A stretch of 59,328 bases of DNA from Yuukianura sp. NJ FZ-2021. Taxonomy: Eukaryota. The stretch's first letter is position 1. The number at the start of each line of letters is the position of its first letter. The stretch spans positions 6,510,001-6,569,328 of the forward strand of contig CM102288.1 in the NCBI GenBank assembly GCA_046563655.1, given 5' to 3'. Positions 24,284 to 36,732 of the stretch are shown in pieces. The notes below the pieces were generated by a model. That model was not told the origin of the DNA and searched no databases. It worked only from the letters and a program-made list of their open reading frames with translations. Both the position numbers and the translations under genes were made by a program.

Positions 24284-25045
24284 TCAAGTTGTCGCTGTGT
24301 TATTCCTCCAGGAAATGGCGCTTGATGTACCGGGTGGGCGTTGATATGATCCAGGCTCATGTTGTCTTGCGTTACGTTTTTCTCTTGGCGAGGGTGCACG
24401 AGGGCGACTTCCTAGACTGTTTTGTCGTGATTCCCGGATCTTTCGTCTTTCAGTTCTGGTTTCAATGGTCAAGTCTTCTGTGATGGAGCACACATCTTTG
24501 TTTTGAATGAGTGTCTTCCGTAGTTGGAGTGCTTGTACGCGTTGCGCAAAGGACGACATGCGAACCTTAATTGGGCGAGGTTTATCAGAAGACGGGTTAA
24601 ACTTTCCAATTCTGAATGCATCTTCTACATTAACTCGAACTTGGTAGTGGTTGAAGAAATCGTTGGTAATGTTCGTTGTGTTTTCATTTGTAACTTCTGG
24701 GAGTCCATGGATTAGAACGTTGTTCCGTCTAAGTTCATCTGTAAGACGGGAATTCATTCTTTTCAGTTGATCAATTTCTCTTTGCTGCTGATCAGTTTTC
24801 GTTTGCAATTCTTCGATCTGCGCTTGGTATTTCTCGAGTTTGGTTTCGATGGAGTCGCATCTCGCGTCGATTTTTGTATCAATATTTGCAATATTTGCAA
24901 CCAGTTTTGACATTACCGCCATTAGATCATCGTTTGATACATTTGATCTTTTCAAAGCTGGCTCGTTTCCTGCGTTGGGTTCCGATTCGGCAGCTCGTTT
25001 ACTTCCCTTGTTTTGTGGTAGGAACGGTAGTGTGGATTGGGTCAT
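24284..25045 (-). CDS. LINE ORF1p-like protein (coiled coil plus L1-type RRM), 253 aa from the first ATG, intronless
   Basis: Heptad-rich IETKLEKYQAQIEELQTK...EIDQLKR followed by LRRNNVLIHGLPE, AFRIGK, KPRPIKV and ITEDLT, typical of L1/L2/CR1 ORF1. Confidence 0.85.
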   Translation of the reverse strand: MTQSTLPFLPQNKGSKRAAESEPNAGNEPALKRSNVSNDDLMAVMSKLVANIANIDTKIDARCDSIETKLEKYQAQIEELQTKTDQQQREIDQLKRMNSRLTDELRRNNVLIHGLPEVTNENTTNITNDFFNHYQVRVNVEDAFRIGKFNPSSDKPRPIKVRMSSFAQRVQALQLRKTLIQNKDVCSITEDLTIETRTERRKIRESRQNSLGSRPRAPSPREKRNARQHEPGSYQRPPGTSSAISWRNNTATT

Positions 25046-25149
25046 CTTCTCTGACACGGGAGAGCGGGTTACTTTTGAAATTTCCGAAATCTCGATGTCC
25101 CTTTTACGCTTCCGTAGTTTCCAAATTCAAAAGCCTTAACCAATTTAGC

Positions 25150-25422
25150 CTGTGGATTACCTTAACCAGGTTATCCTGTGGCTTACCTTAACCAGGTTAT
25201 CCTGTGGATTACCTTAACCAGGTTATCCTGTGGATTACCTTAACCAGGTTATCCTGTGGATTACTTTAACCAAGTTATCCTGGGGATTACTTTAACCAAG
25301 TTATCCTGTGGATTACTTTAACCAAGTTATCCTGTGGATTACTTTAACCAAGTTATCCTGTGGATTACTTTAACCAAGTTATCCTGTGGATTACTTTAAC
25401 CAAGTTATCCTGTGGGTTACTT
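25150..25422 (+). repeat. 26-bp minisatellite, about 10 copies, in the retroelement 5' UTR
   Basis: Unit ggattactttaaccaagttatcctgt / ggattaccttaaccaggttatcctgt. Confidence 0.95.
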
Positions 25423-26013
25423 TATGTTCCCTGGAGGTTGGTTAGGTTGATGTTTTCTTCAAAACTGGGTTTCTCGATGTCCCTTTTACGCTTCCGTTGT
25501 TTTGAAATGTGAAAACGATTTGTAGCTATGTTTGACCGTCAGAGTTGTGGAGTGTGTGAGTAGTTCTCACGAGTAGTGCCAGAAGTGGTATTAATGTGTC
25601 AGGGAGTAGTCCTCTATCGATTCCAGGTTGAGTCCGGTGATGGCGGTGTCTTGTTAGCTGGGTATATCGCTGTCCCTTTTACGCTTCCGTAGTTATCAAA
25701 TGTACAACGATTTGTAGTTATGGTTGACCTTCGGTGTTGTGGAGTGTGTGAGTAGTTAATTTAACGATTGTTAGTAGAAGTGGCACTTGTACTTGTGGTT
25801 ATGTACGTCCCTCCGTTTCGTGTGCTGAAGATGGACACGTAATAGATAAAAGTACTGAAAAATCGCACTATTACCTCCCGGGTACTGCCAAAAGTGGTAT
25901 CAGTGTGTCGGTGAAGTGGTCCTTTATCGATTCCAAGTTGAGTCCGGTGACGATGTCTTGTTAATTGGTGATTAAAAATGGTTAATGCGGGAGTTTGTAT
26001 CAGCTGTTCGTTC

Positions 26014-27875
26014 AGAAATTTTTTAAAGAATTTATTATTCTCTGTTAAGGCATAAATACGCATTCAGAGAGAAATTTTTTAAAGAATTTATTATTCTCTG
26101 TTAAGGCATAAATACGCATTCAGAGAGAAATTTTTTAAAGAATTTATTATTCTCTGTTAAGGCATAAATACGCATTCAGAGAGAAATTTTTTAAAGAATT
26201 TATTATTCTCTGTTAAGGCATAAATACGCATTCAGAGAGAAATTTTTTAAAGAATTTATTATTCTCTGTTAAGGCATAAATACGCATTCAGAGAGAAATT
26301 TTTTAAAGAATTTATTATTCTCTGTTAAGGCATAAATACGCATTCAGAGAGAAATTTTTTAAAGAATTTATTATTCTCTGTTAAGGCATAAATACGCATT
26401 CAGAGAGAAATTTTTTAAAGAATTTATTATTCTCTGTTAAGGCATAAATACGCATTCAGAGAGAAATTTTTTAAAGAATTTATTATTCTCTGTTAAGGCA
26501 TAAATACGCATTCAGAGAGAAATTTTTTAAAGAATTTATTATTCTCTGTTAAGGCATAAATACGCATTCAGAGAGAAATTTTTTAAAGAATTTATTATTC
26601 TCTGTTAAGGCATAAATACGCATTCAGAGAGAAATTTTTTAAAGAATTTATTATTCTCTGTTAAGGCATAAATACGCATTCAGAGAGAAATTTTTTAAAG
26701 AATTTATTATTCTCTGTTAAGGCATAAATACGCATTCAGAGAGAAATTTTTTAAAGAATTTATTATTCTCTGTTAAGGCATAAATACGCATTCAGAGAGA
26801 AATTTTTTAAAAAATTTATTATTCTCTGTTAAGGCATAAATACGCATTCAGAGAGAAATTTTTTAAAAAATTTATTATTCTCTGTTAAGGCATAAATACG
26901 CATTCAGAGAGAAATTTTTTAAAAAATTTATTATTCTCTGTTAAGGCATAAATACGCATTCAGAGAGAAATTTTTTAAAAAATTTATTATTCTCTGTTAA
27001 GGCATAAATACGCATTCAGAGAGAAATTTTTTAAAAAATTTATTATTCTCTGTTAAGGCATAAATACGCATTCAGAGAGAAATTTTTTAAAAAATTTATT
27101 ATTCTCTGTTAAGGCATAAATACGCATTCAGAGAGAAATTTTTTAAAAAATTTATTATTCTCTGTTAAGGCATAAATACGCATTCAGAGAGAAATTTTTT
27201 AAAAAATTTATTATTCTCTGTTAAGGCATAAATACGCATTCAGAGAGAAATTTTTTAAAAAATTTATTATTCTCTGTTAAGGCATAAATACGCATTCAGA
27301 GAGAAATTTTTTAAAGAATTTATTATTCTCTGTTAAGGCATAAATACGCATTCAGAGAGAAATTTTTTAAAGAATTTATTATTCTCTGTTAAGGCATAAA
27401 TACGCATTCAGAGAGAAATTTTTTAAAGAATTTATTATTCTCTGTTAAGGCATAAATACGCATTCAGGGAGAAATTTTTTAAAGAATTTATTATTCTCTG
27501 TTAAGGCATAAATACGCATTCAGAGAGAAATTTTTTAAAGAATTTATTATTCTCTGTTAAGGCATAAATACGCATTCAGAGAGAAATTTTTTAAAGAATT
27601 TATTATTCTCTGTTAAGGCATAAATACGCATTCAGAGAGAAATTTTTTAAAGAATTTATTATTCTCTGTTAAGGCATAAATACGCATTCAGAGAGAAATT
27701 TTTTAAAGAATTTATTATTCTCTGTTAAGGCATAAATACGCATTCAGAGAGAAATTTTTTAAAGAATTTATTATTCTCTGTTAAGGCATAAATACGCATT
27801 CAGAGAGAAATTTTTTAAAGAATTTATTATTCTCTGTTAAGGCATAAATTCGCATTCAGAGACAAATTTTTTAAA
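26014..27875 (+). repeat. 56-bp satellite, right arm, about 33 copies
   Basis: Same unit as 22150-23955, resuming in register after the TSD. Confidence 0.97.
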
Positions 27876-28451
27876 TAATTGGAGGCTAATTCTCTGAAAA
27901 AAGGGAAACTGCGAACATGGTTATCTGAGAATTAGACAATCTTTTATGTGAAATGTTGTTTGTGACTGCCCAGTTTCCTAAAGGGTCACAAAAACTGAAT
28001 TTTTTGGCTACACTAAATCCACAACATTACTGGAATCTGATAAATCGTCAAGTTCAGAGCTATGAACATGAAAACAGCATCTAAGGAACAAAAAAAACGA
28101 TTAAAATTAATATTCATTTTAACTTATATCACAGTTATAAATTAAAAATTAAGTTTTTGTAAAATGCTGAACATAGTTTGGCCACTTTGACTTGAACTTG
28201 AGACAGAAGTCCGCCAAATTTTTTGAAAAATTCAAAAGTTAAAATGAAAACAAGAAGCGAACATGAAAACAATGAACAACGTCAGAAAGAACTGACTCAT
28301 ACTTCATACACAGCATCTGGTGAGGATCAACAACTTAATTTAGTATTTTAATTTACTAATTAACAACTGCAGACACTAATCACTCCTCACTTATTTAAGT
28401 CCAACTTCTAGAGACTACATTCCAAATCTTCAAGCATCTTCAAATCGTGTA

Positions 28452-31400
28452 ATGAACAGCACAAAGGATTCATTACTGTACACTGTAGATCGTGTGGGTC
28501 GTGTTTGGTATTTAAATTCACAAAATGTGGGAAGCCATGGGCCTGGTTTATGGAAATGGACACTTCTGGCCAACCCTAGTCGAGTGGACATCAAGGTAAC
28601 ATTGTTGCAGTTCAATCTAAACACTACGTTAAACAAATCATATCTAATGTTATTTCTTATGAAATCAATCAACAGCGTGTGGCGTCAATAAACGGAGTTG
28701 TTTGGGGAATCGGTTCAGACCATCAGATCTACCTGTATGTTCATAAGCAAGACATTCCAATTAGAGTTAGAGAAGAAACTTATGAAAACCAGGTGAGTAT
28801 GGAAGTTACAATTAAAAATGTGTAATTTTCAGTCAAAAGAAACGATAACTTAACGTTATTCGATGACTTTTTTGTGTGAAGCGATGGAACCCCCTTGGTG
28901 GATTTTGTGCTCAACTCCTGCCGACTGATAGACCCCATTTCTCCAGTGAAGATGGACTGAGTAGCCGTGACAAGGGAAGTATCAAACTGCCGTCAGCCGA
29001 GTCGTGGACGTGGGAATCCGACTGGGCAATTGCGGATACTTTCAGCAATGAACTCGTAGAAGGAGGGTGGAGCTACGCAGTTGACTTCCCTGCTACCTAC
29101 TACCCTCAAAAATCCTGGAATTCGTGCGTGCGTCGTCGGAAGTGGTTCAGAACGCGGAGATTCATTGGATTCAACAAATGGCTTCGGATTGACCCCATCC
29201 ACAAGGATCACACTCAAGTAACAATCCATGTTAATCGTAAACCACAATTAACTTTCGTTGATTAACGTTAAAAAGTTTCAACTGTACTTTTTCTCTGCTT
29301 AGGAGCCGTTCACTGATGTAAGCGTCAATAACTTCGGGTCTACAAAGGAAGTACTTTGTGTTTGGACCGTAACTGTGCTGGGTCAAGTTTATTTCCGTTC
29401 AGGAGTCACTTTGACACATCCAGAAGGAACTCACTGGGAAAAAGCTCCAGTTCCAAGGGGACTGGAAGCGTGTCAAGTATCTGTCGCTGGAACTGGAACT
29501 CCATTTGTCGTGGCATGGACCGGGTCTTGTATGTATCGCAGTGGCATAGCACCACACTCCCTCTCCGGTAATCAACATTGTAATTAATTTAGTCAATTTG
29601 AAATCAAACTTGGATGTCAACTTTTCAAATTTCCTTTTGTTTTTGTGAGGAATTGAATGGGAAGAAGTAAGTGGTCCTCCAGGAGGCCTTGCTCAACTGT
29701 CAGCTGGCGACAGGACACTTTGGGCCATCAGTCGAGACAGAAAATGCTGGATTTTAAAAGGCGATTTGCAATCAATCTCAAACAAAACAGCGCTGGAATG
29801 GAATGAGATCCCGTCAAAACTAAAACTTGTTTCAGTTAGCAAAAATGACATGGTAAGTGTCATGAAAATGCAAAATTAATTAAATTAAAAACAAATAACT
29901 AAAAATGATTAAGTCAATTAACTTAGTTAGAATTGGAATTTCGTTTGATTTGAGGTTGTTCTTGGCCTCGGTGACGACGATAGAACGATTTATACTCGCA
30001 TAGGCATCACACCCGACCAAATTTCTGGACAAGGCTGGAAAGAAGTGTTGAGCAGAGTGTGTTGGGACACTCTGTCCACAGTTTCTACTTCTTCGTCATC
30101 ATCAGTCACTGCTGACAGACTAATGGACCAAGTTGACAGTGGACATGCTTCCGCCGGAGACTCTGCGTCACTCGACTCCATTCGTCCAGACTTCCCAGAA
30201 CAATTTCAGCTCGAAGTGGAAGCGTCAAATTCTGACTCAGAAGTGGAGGACGTCAGTTTCTGCTGGGTGGATGGAGGATGTTTGTCATGCCTCAAGTAAG
30301 CCTTTAGTCTCACTTTTTTTCGACAATTGACTTGATTTTGTGTATTTGCAATATTTTGTTTAAACCAATGACAGATCCACCAACGACGGAGACTTGGAAG
30401 TTGGTCCATGGCGGGATGAAATCCTAAGTGGGCTGCAGTCGCTCAAAGTGAAGCAGCAGAGTTTCCAGTACCCCAATGCAGTTGATGACGATGGATCAGA
30501 GTGGCATGGGAAGTCAACTACTGCCAGAATGCTGCAGCATGGTCAAGAGTCAGTGTGGGTCAAAGGTCAACTGGAAATTGTGAACAACCACACACTCGTT
30601 TTCCACCAAGACCTTCAGCGTACTTGGCTCTGCTCACTTAAGGACGTCCTCAGTCTCCTTCGCACTCGAGAAATCTCGTCCAGTTTTACACTCCGAGTGA
30701 GGAATGCAATTGAACAGGGAGTAGCGGACTTTGTTTCTTTCAAGTTTTCGTGAGTTTAAAACAAAGTTAATTAGTCATTAATTAATTATCAATTAAGTTA
30801 ATTATTTTGATTTGTGACCTTGTAGAAGTGAAAAGGATTTGTGGGATTGGCACTCGACGATAAGTGAATTGTCAGAGAAGAATCCAGAAGAGTTCTCACT
30901 GGGGAATTTGTGGCTAACGACTAACAATGGAGAGCTCCTGTCCAGTGGACTCATCAAAATGGCGGGTAATCAATTGAAATAGAAACAGTAAATAGAAAAT
31001 ATTAAAAATTTAAATAGAAATCCTTGATAGATTCTGGTCTAAAAGTGTGAATTTTGACTTTGTTTTGGTTTAGATACGGCAGTAGCGGCGGACGTTGCGG
31101 TGCCTTCGGGTGAGTATAATTCGAATGGAGTCTTACAATAATCGAGTATGTTAATTGACTCATGTTTTTGAATGTAGACTCTGGCTACAGGAACTCCCAT
31201 CCGTTGATCAAAGGATTTCTGCCTGGAAGTACTTTGAAGATTGATATTTCGGTTCCAGCGGAAGCAGAGGGCTTCATGTTGAATTTGGAAGGGAGAAATG
31301 TAATTGCTTTCCACTTCAATCCCAGATTTCCAGACGAAGTAGTTGTGAGAAACACGAAGAGAAACGGAGTTTGGGAAATGGAGGAGAGAGATGGAGTTTT

Positions 31401-33171
31401 TCCATTCAGACCCAGCAACCGATACTCAATTACTTTCGAGTGTATCGACACTCACATCATGACAACCGTTGGATTCGAACGCAAGAAGTTCATCTTCAAA
31501 TTCAAACACAGAGTGCTACCTAGACACATCACCAACTTCAGTTCCGGTGGCAATGTCAACATTCTCGGAATCAGGTCATCCAAAAAATAACTAACTCAAC
31601 TAACTTTTACAGCTTTTAGCTTAATTTGGCTTTTAAAAACTTAACTTTTTTCTCTGTATTTGTGTCACTTCCTTATTGATTTTGTTTTGTGCTTTTAGAT
31701 ACGACCCAAAAACGGGAGATAACGCCTCCCAAGTAGAATTCGTTACACTCACTTGTCCAGGACATTTCTGGTAAAGAACAATTTGAATTCAATTGATTCT
31801 AGTTAATTGGTTATAAATTAATTACTGTATTATGAATAAATTAATTGATTATTTATTTTAGGAAAGTGGAGGCCATTGGGAACGGGTACATTTGGGCCAT
31901 TGGTTTTGACTCGAGTGTGTGGATGGTGGGAAACAGTGTGAAGTTGAGTAAGAAGATGGAGTTTGAGCACATTGTGACTGACGACCAAATGTGTCACATC
32001 TACGAGAACCAGCGCTGGAACCCGCTTTCTGGATTCGGTGCTCATGGTCTGCCGACTGACCGGTCTGCCTGGTCGGACGAAAGTGGACGAGTGCCGCTGG
32101 AGAAAGAGAAAGTGAGAGTGCCTTCGAGCCAATGGAGCTGGATGGGAGAGTGGGAAGTGGACTACTCCACTCCAGGCGGAGTGGACCAAGGAGGGTGGCA
32201 GTATGCCATCGACTTCCCCGCTTCTTACCATTCCTCCAAGAGATTCAATGACTTTGTCAGGAGGAGACGCTGGAAGCGTCTCTGCAGATTCTCGGCTCAT
32301 GCACCCTGGATCCCAGTTCCTGGAGTCAAGTTGGTCGACTTGTGTATTCATGTAACTTCACATTTTTTCACAAAATTACTTTTTCAAAAACTACTTTTTC
32401 AAAAAAGCTAAAGTTTTTGTTGTTTTTTTCAGATGAATGAAGACTGTGATTGGGAAGTGCTTGGAATTTGTGTGAATGGAGACGCCGTGGTGAGGTGTGG
32501 AATCACTCCAGAAAATCCGCTTGGAACAAACTGGGAATTCCTGCCGGCTCAAAAACCGTTTGTAATATTTCCATTTCCTATTTTGCATAATATTACATAC
32601 TAGCATATCGTAATATTATATTACACAATGTATTCTGTTTCACTATGTGAATATGTTCCTGTTTTGTAGATTAGCATTGGGAGTGCGTATGGTCAGCATA
32701 CGTGGGCAGTTGGTAAGGATGGATTTGCGTACATCCGATATGGAGCGAACTGGCAGCTTCTGGACAGACCGAAGGAAACTCCTCTCAAGGTCATTCGTGT
32801 GGGGTCAAGCGGAGTTTGGGCAGTGGGAACCAACAATGTTTTGTACAAAAGAACAGCAGTCCTCCCCATTCTGCCGGAAGGACAGGATTGGGCCAAGGTC
32901 GCTGATGGAGTTCTGCAGGTAAGGTTGGACACTTTTTTAAACATATTATAATTATTATTATAGTAATTATAATTATAATGCTTGCAAGGTTTCGCTTGGC
33001 CTGGGGGATGAAGTTTGGGCGCTGCTGAGACACGGAGATGTTTTCCATTCCACTTTGGCCAAGAGAATCGGAATGTCAGCAGCACATCCTCATGGTGTAG
33101 GGTGGGAAATGATCGCTGAAGGACCTTGGAGACACTTTTCCTTGCCAGGAGCGTTCAGACGAAATCGCTGA
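28452..33171 (+). CDS. TECPR1: Tectonin beta-propeller repeat protein 1 (two dysferlin domains, PH-like region, galectin domain), many exons
   Basis: Two DysF domains (YENQRWNP...LPTDR...GWxYAxDFP...VRRRxW); TECPR repeats (VYFRSGVTLTHPEGTHW); galectin exon 31179-31574; stop TGA 33169-33171. Confidence 0.92.
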
Positions 33172-33477
33172 ATTCAGAATTAATCGCTGAATTCAGAATC
33201 CAGTCACTGCAGCTAAACGCTATTTTGTTCCTATTGCTTTATTCAGTCCCTTCAAAAACTGAACTGTCTCTTTTGAGTTTGACTGACCCGCCAATTTTAA
33301 ATTTTCAAAACTGGTGACAATCAATTCTCTTGGCGCCAACAAAAATAAACAAAGGAATTTCTTTTGTTTACGATTCTTTTATTTGCATTTTCTTGTCGCC
33401 ATAATTTAGCAACACAACGATTAACGAAAGTACTGCTGAGTTGATTTATTTGGACTCTGCTTTCCACAAAGTTCGTG

Positions 33478-36400
33478 ATGGGGACAACGAGGAAGACGGT
33501 GGCCAGTACGACTGCACAGAAGCGATTGGAAGAGGTGAACAAAATCAGGAATCTGCCCATTCCCCTCTCTGAAAAACGGAAACTCAAAGAACAACTTACG
33601 GTAAGCACTGGTTCGTATCCACAGTTGGAATAAATCAAGTAATTGATATTGAATTGCAGACTTTGCCTCTCCTCAAAATGACTGGACGGAAGAAGGTGCA
33701 GTGGTACTATGGACGGGTGAAAGAGGCAATCATTCGACGGTGGAACCGCAGAGTGGGCCACCGTGTCATGTGGCAGCGATCGCTCCAAGAAATTGAAGTC
33801 AGAGGAGGAACATCCATCGTCAACGTTTTTCTGTTCATCAAGTGGACAGTCTACTTCAACCTCCTCCTCTCATTCATCATCTTCGCATTCATCATTCTGC
33901 CCTACTTGATTTCAGACAAGATCAAACCGAGTCCAGCACAAACATGCCCAGCCAACTTCACTTCTCGTAAGACCTAAATACCATACGTTTTAAAAACGTT
34001 TATGTGTTTTCATGAGACGTTTTTGTGCGAAACCTCTTTGATTTTATATAAAACGTTTGTGTTTTTTGTAGAAACGTTTTTCCTTTTTAGTAAAAGCGTT
34101 TTTGTTTGTTGATAAAACGTTTTCATTTTGTAGCCAAAATCGCCGAGGAAGTGGTGGCCAATCGGAGTCTGTCATCTATGCGACAACTGTCGGAGTGTTG
34201 CGTGAATGCCTTCTACTCTCTGTACGGACAATCCGTGGACGACAACTTCCTCAAGGGCTTCACCACAGTTGACTTCAAAGGAACGACATCCAGCAAATTC
34301 GGAGTGTCGCCGTTGACGTACGGCTTCTACACGGAGTACGACTTCAAACTACCGCGTGGAGTCTCATACAACTTCCAGAGAGCTTATCTCCTCGTCCCAG
34401 TCGCCGTCTTTCTCCTCAGTCTCATGAGCATGGTCTGGCAAATCGGAGTCGGAATTAAGGTAGCCACTCAAATACTTGGCAGTACTCAAAATACTTGCCA
34501 ATATTCAAGATATTTCAAAAGTATTTGACAATTTGTGGTATTTTAGGAAATGACGCTGGCGAAGGAGGGGGAGTTTTACAAGTTCAGTAACCTCGTGTTT
34601 TCCGGTTGGGATCATTACACAAACGACCTCAAAGCAGCGAATTTCAAGAAGAAAATTCTGCTCAACGAAATGAAAATTGCACTAAGAGCGGAAAAACTGA
34701 AGGTAGAGAGACGAAGTTTTAAAAAATTTTGGAATATTGGCGACTCTGCTGTGGAGAGTACTCGATTCATTTGTGTTTTTTTTCAGGTGCGGCAGTTGTC
34801 GAAGAAGCAAAAGTTTCGTGTGCTTGTGAAGCGGATACTGGCAAATGTGCTTGTGGTACTGGCCATTATCATCATTGGGATTTGCATTTACTACGCAGCA
34901 GACTACAGCATCAAGGAGTCCTGCGTCCAGTCTGCCTGTGAAGCAGAAAAGTTTAAACACCGATCGCTGATTATGCAGTATTTGATCAAAGCAATTCCAG
35001 CAGTTGTCATATTTGCTGCCAACTTTATCTTCCCAATCTTCCTCAAACGAGGCGTAAATCATCCAAATACTCATCTTTAATTTCGATTCTTTCAATTTGC
35101 ATTCTTTCAATTTCGATTCTTTCAATTTGCATTCTTTCAATTTGGATTCTTTTAAATTAATTGATTGTTTTGATTGATTTAGGTTCGTAAGTTGGAGCGA
35201 TACTCTCATGAAGTGCAGACGACGCTGACTTTGATTCGTGCTTTGGTGGTGCGAGTACTGGCAATTGCTTTTGCCTCTGTCCGCTACTACTTGGAAGAGT
35301 ACTGCGAAAAGGCCCCGAATACTTGCGTCATCTGTGAACACGAGACATTTGAAGACACGGGACTCTTACGCGACAAAGACGGATGCTGGGAGATGTTGTT
35401 CGGAGTCCACATCTACTTGTAGGAATTATAAATATTACAAATATTTATATTTTATTTTTATATAATTTATTTTATATAATTTTTATTTTATTTTATTCCT
35501 AGGATCATCCTTGTGGATCTGGTGTTCAAGGCCATAATTGTGTTTGTGTTTGGTTACGGGAAGCAACTGCTGGGGAAGGTAAGAATTAAGAGACACTTGA
35601 AATATTATAAATAAATACAATATTAAATAACATTTTGAAATGTGAAAGGTGACGAAGATGAGCTTCCTGTTGTCCGTGACTCGGTTCAACATCATTCGTC
35701 ACTCTCTGGACATCATCTACATCCAGTCACTCGCCTGGTTCTTCTACTTTGCTCCGTTTCTACCTTTAGTGGTGGCCATCGACTGCATCCTGATGGGCTA
35801 CATGAAGAAGTTCAGCCTCATGGTCCTCTCCCAGGCTGCTCCAGACACTTTCCGGTAACTACACGCTAAGTATTCTCCCATTTACAGTCATTTCAACCTC
35901 AATTTAACAATTTCTCCAATGTTTTACTCCAACTTTTCAATTTTTGAGGACGACACGAACCACGACGATTTACGTGACGACGAAGTTGATTGCTTTTGTG
36001 GCTGTGTCGCTGGCACTCGGATTTGTGCTCACGACGCTCGAACCCTCCAGAGGGTGTGGCCCATTTCGAGGTATAATAACTAAATAAATAAATAAAATAA
36101 TAAATAAAGTGTTAATCAATTAACATTTGGTTTGAAGGGATGAGTGTGCCATGGGACGCCATTTCGATGGACCAATCAGAGACAGCGGGGCATGTGGCCA
36201 GTATTCTTGCGTCTCCTGGTGTGGCCATTCCGATTGGCGTCGTCATGGTGACACTCTCCTACTTTTACTACTCAACTTCCCAGTCACATCGTCGAATGGT
36301 CGAGACACTTCGGTAACTCCAAAGAGTCTTTCCACTTAAGTGCTGGGATTTCAGTTTTTGTTGTGTTGCAGGCACATTTTGATTCTAGAGGGGCATGACA

Positions 36401-36492
36401 AGCAATATTTGTTTGAACGGCTCAATTTGCTGAGGGACGAAGCAGCGTCTGTCATGGAGGGATCAACCACTGTCGTCCCAAACAACGATTAA
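33478..36492 (+). CDS. Transmembrane channel-like (TMC family) protein, many exons
   Basis: WQRSLQEIEVRGGTSIVNVFLFIKWTVYFN; FSNLVFSGWD; LERYS; CWE motif; LDIIYIQSLAW; PSRGCGPF; multiple TM helices. Confidence 0.88.
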
Positions 36493-36732
36493 GCCACATT
36501 CCGCTGGAAGCGACATTCGGATGTCAACTGGAGAAGAGATGAGAACTGGGTGTCACTAATCCTCTGAAATTCCAATCCTCTCTTTTACCCGCCAAAGTTG
36601 AACCCAACTCATTTAAGGAAAAAAACAAAACTTACAAACTTAAACACAAAACATCTTTTGTAAGTAAAAGTTAGTTAAACAGTTAATCAAGTTTCAATTG
36701 ATGAATAATTAAGGAGTGCCTAATTAGTTTTG

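Larger units (their letters stand above)
23956..26013 (-). mobile_element. ORF1-only non-autonomous non-LTR retrotransposon (about 2.06 kb)
   Basis: TSD AGAAATT (23949-23955, 26014-26020); 3' end on - strand has a stem-loop TGATAGGGCAATTGCCAATGTCA, then AATAAA and (ATTG)n tail; single ORF1; no RT or endonuclease. Confidence 0.85.

Noticed and set aside
24073..24399. 108-aa ORF overlapping the ORF1 end, as a candidate ORF2 remnant
   Set aside because: No endonuclease or RT motifs; low-complexity translation across the C-run.
31162..31590. Stand-alone galectin gene
   Set aside because: Splice sites on both sides join it in frame to TECPR1 exons; the ORF's ATG lies in the intron.
34682..35341. 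219-aa - strand ORF with KESKLKECKL repeats
   Set aside because: Antisense to TMC exons plus an intronic 15-bp repeat.
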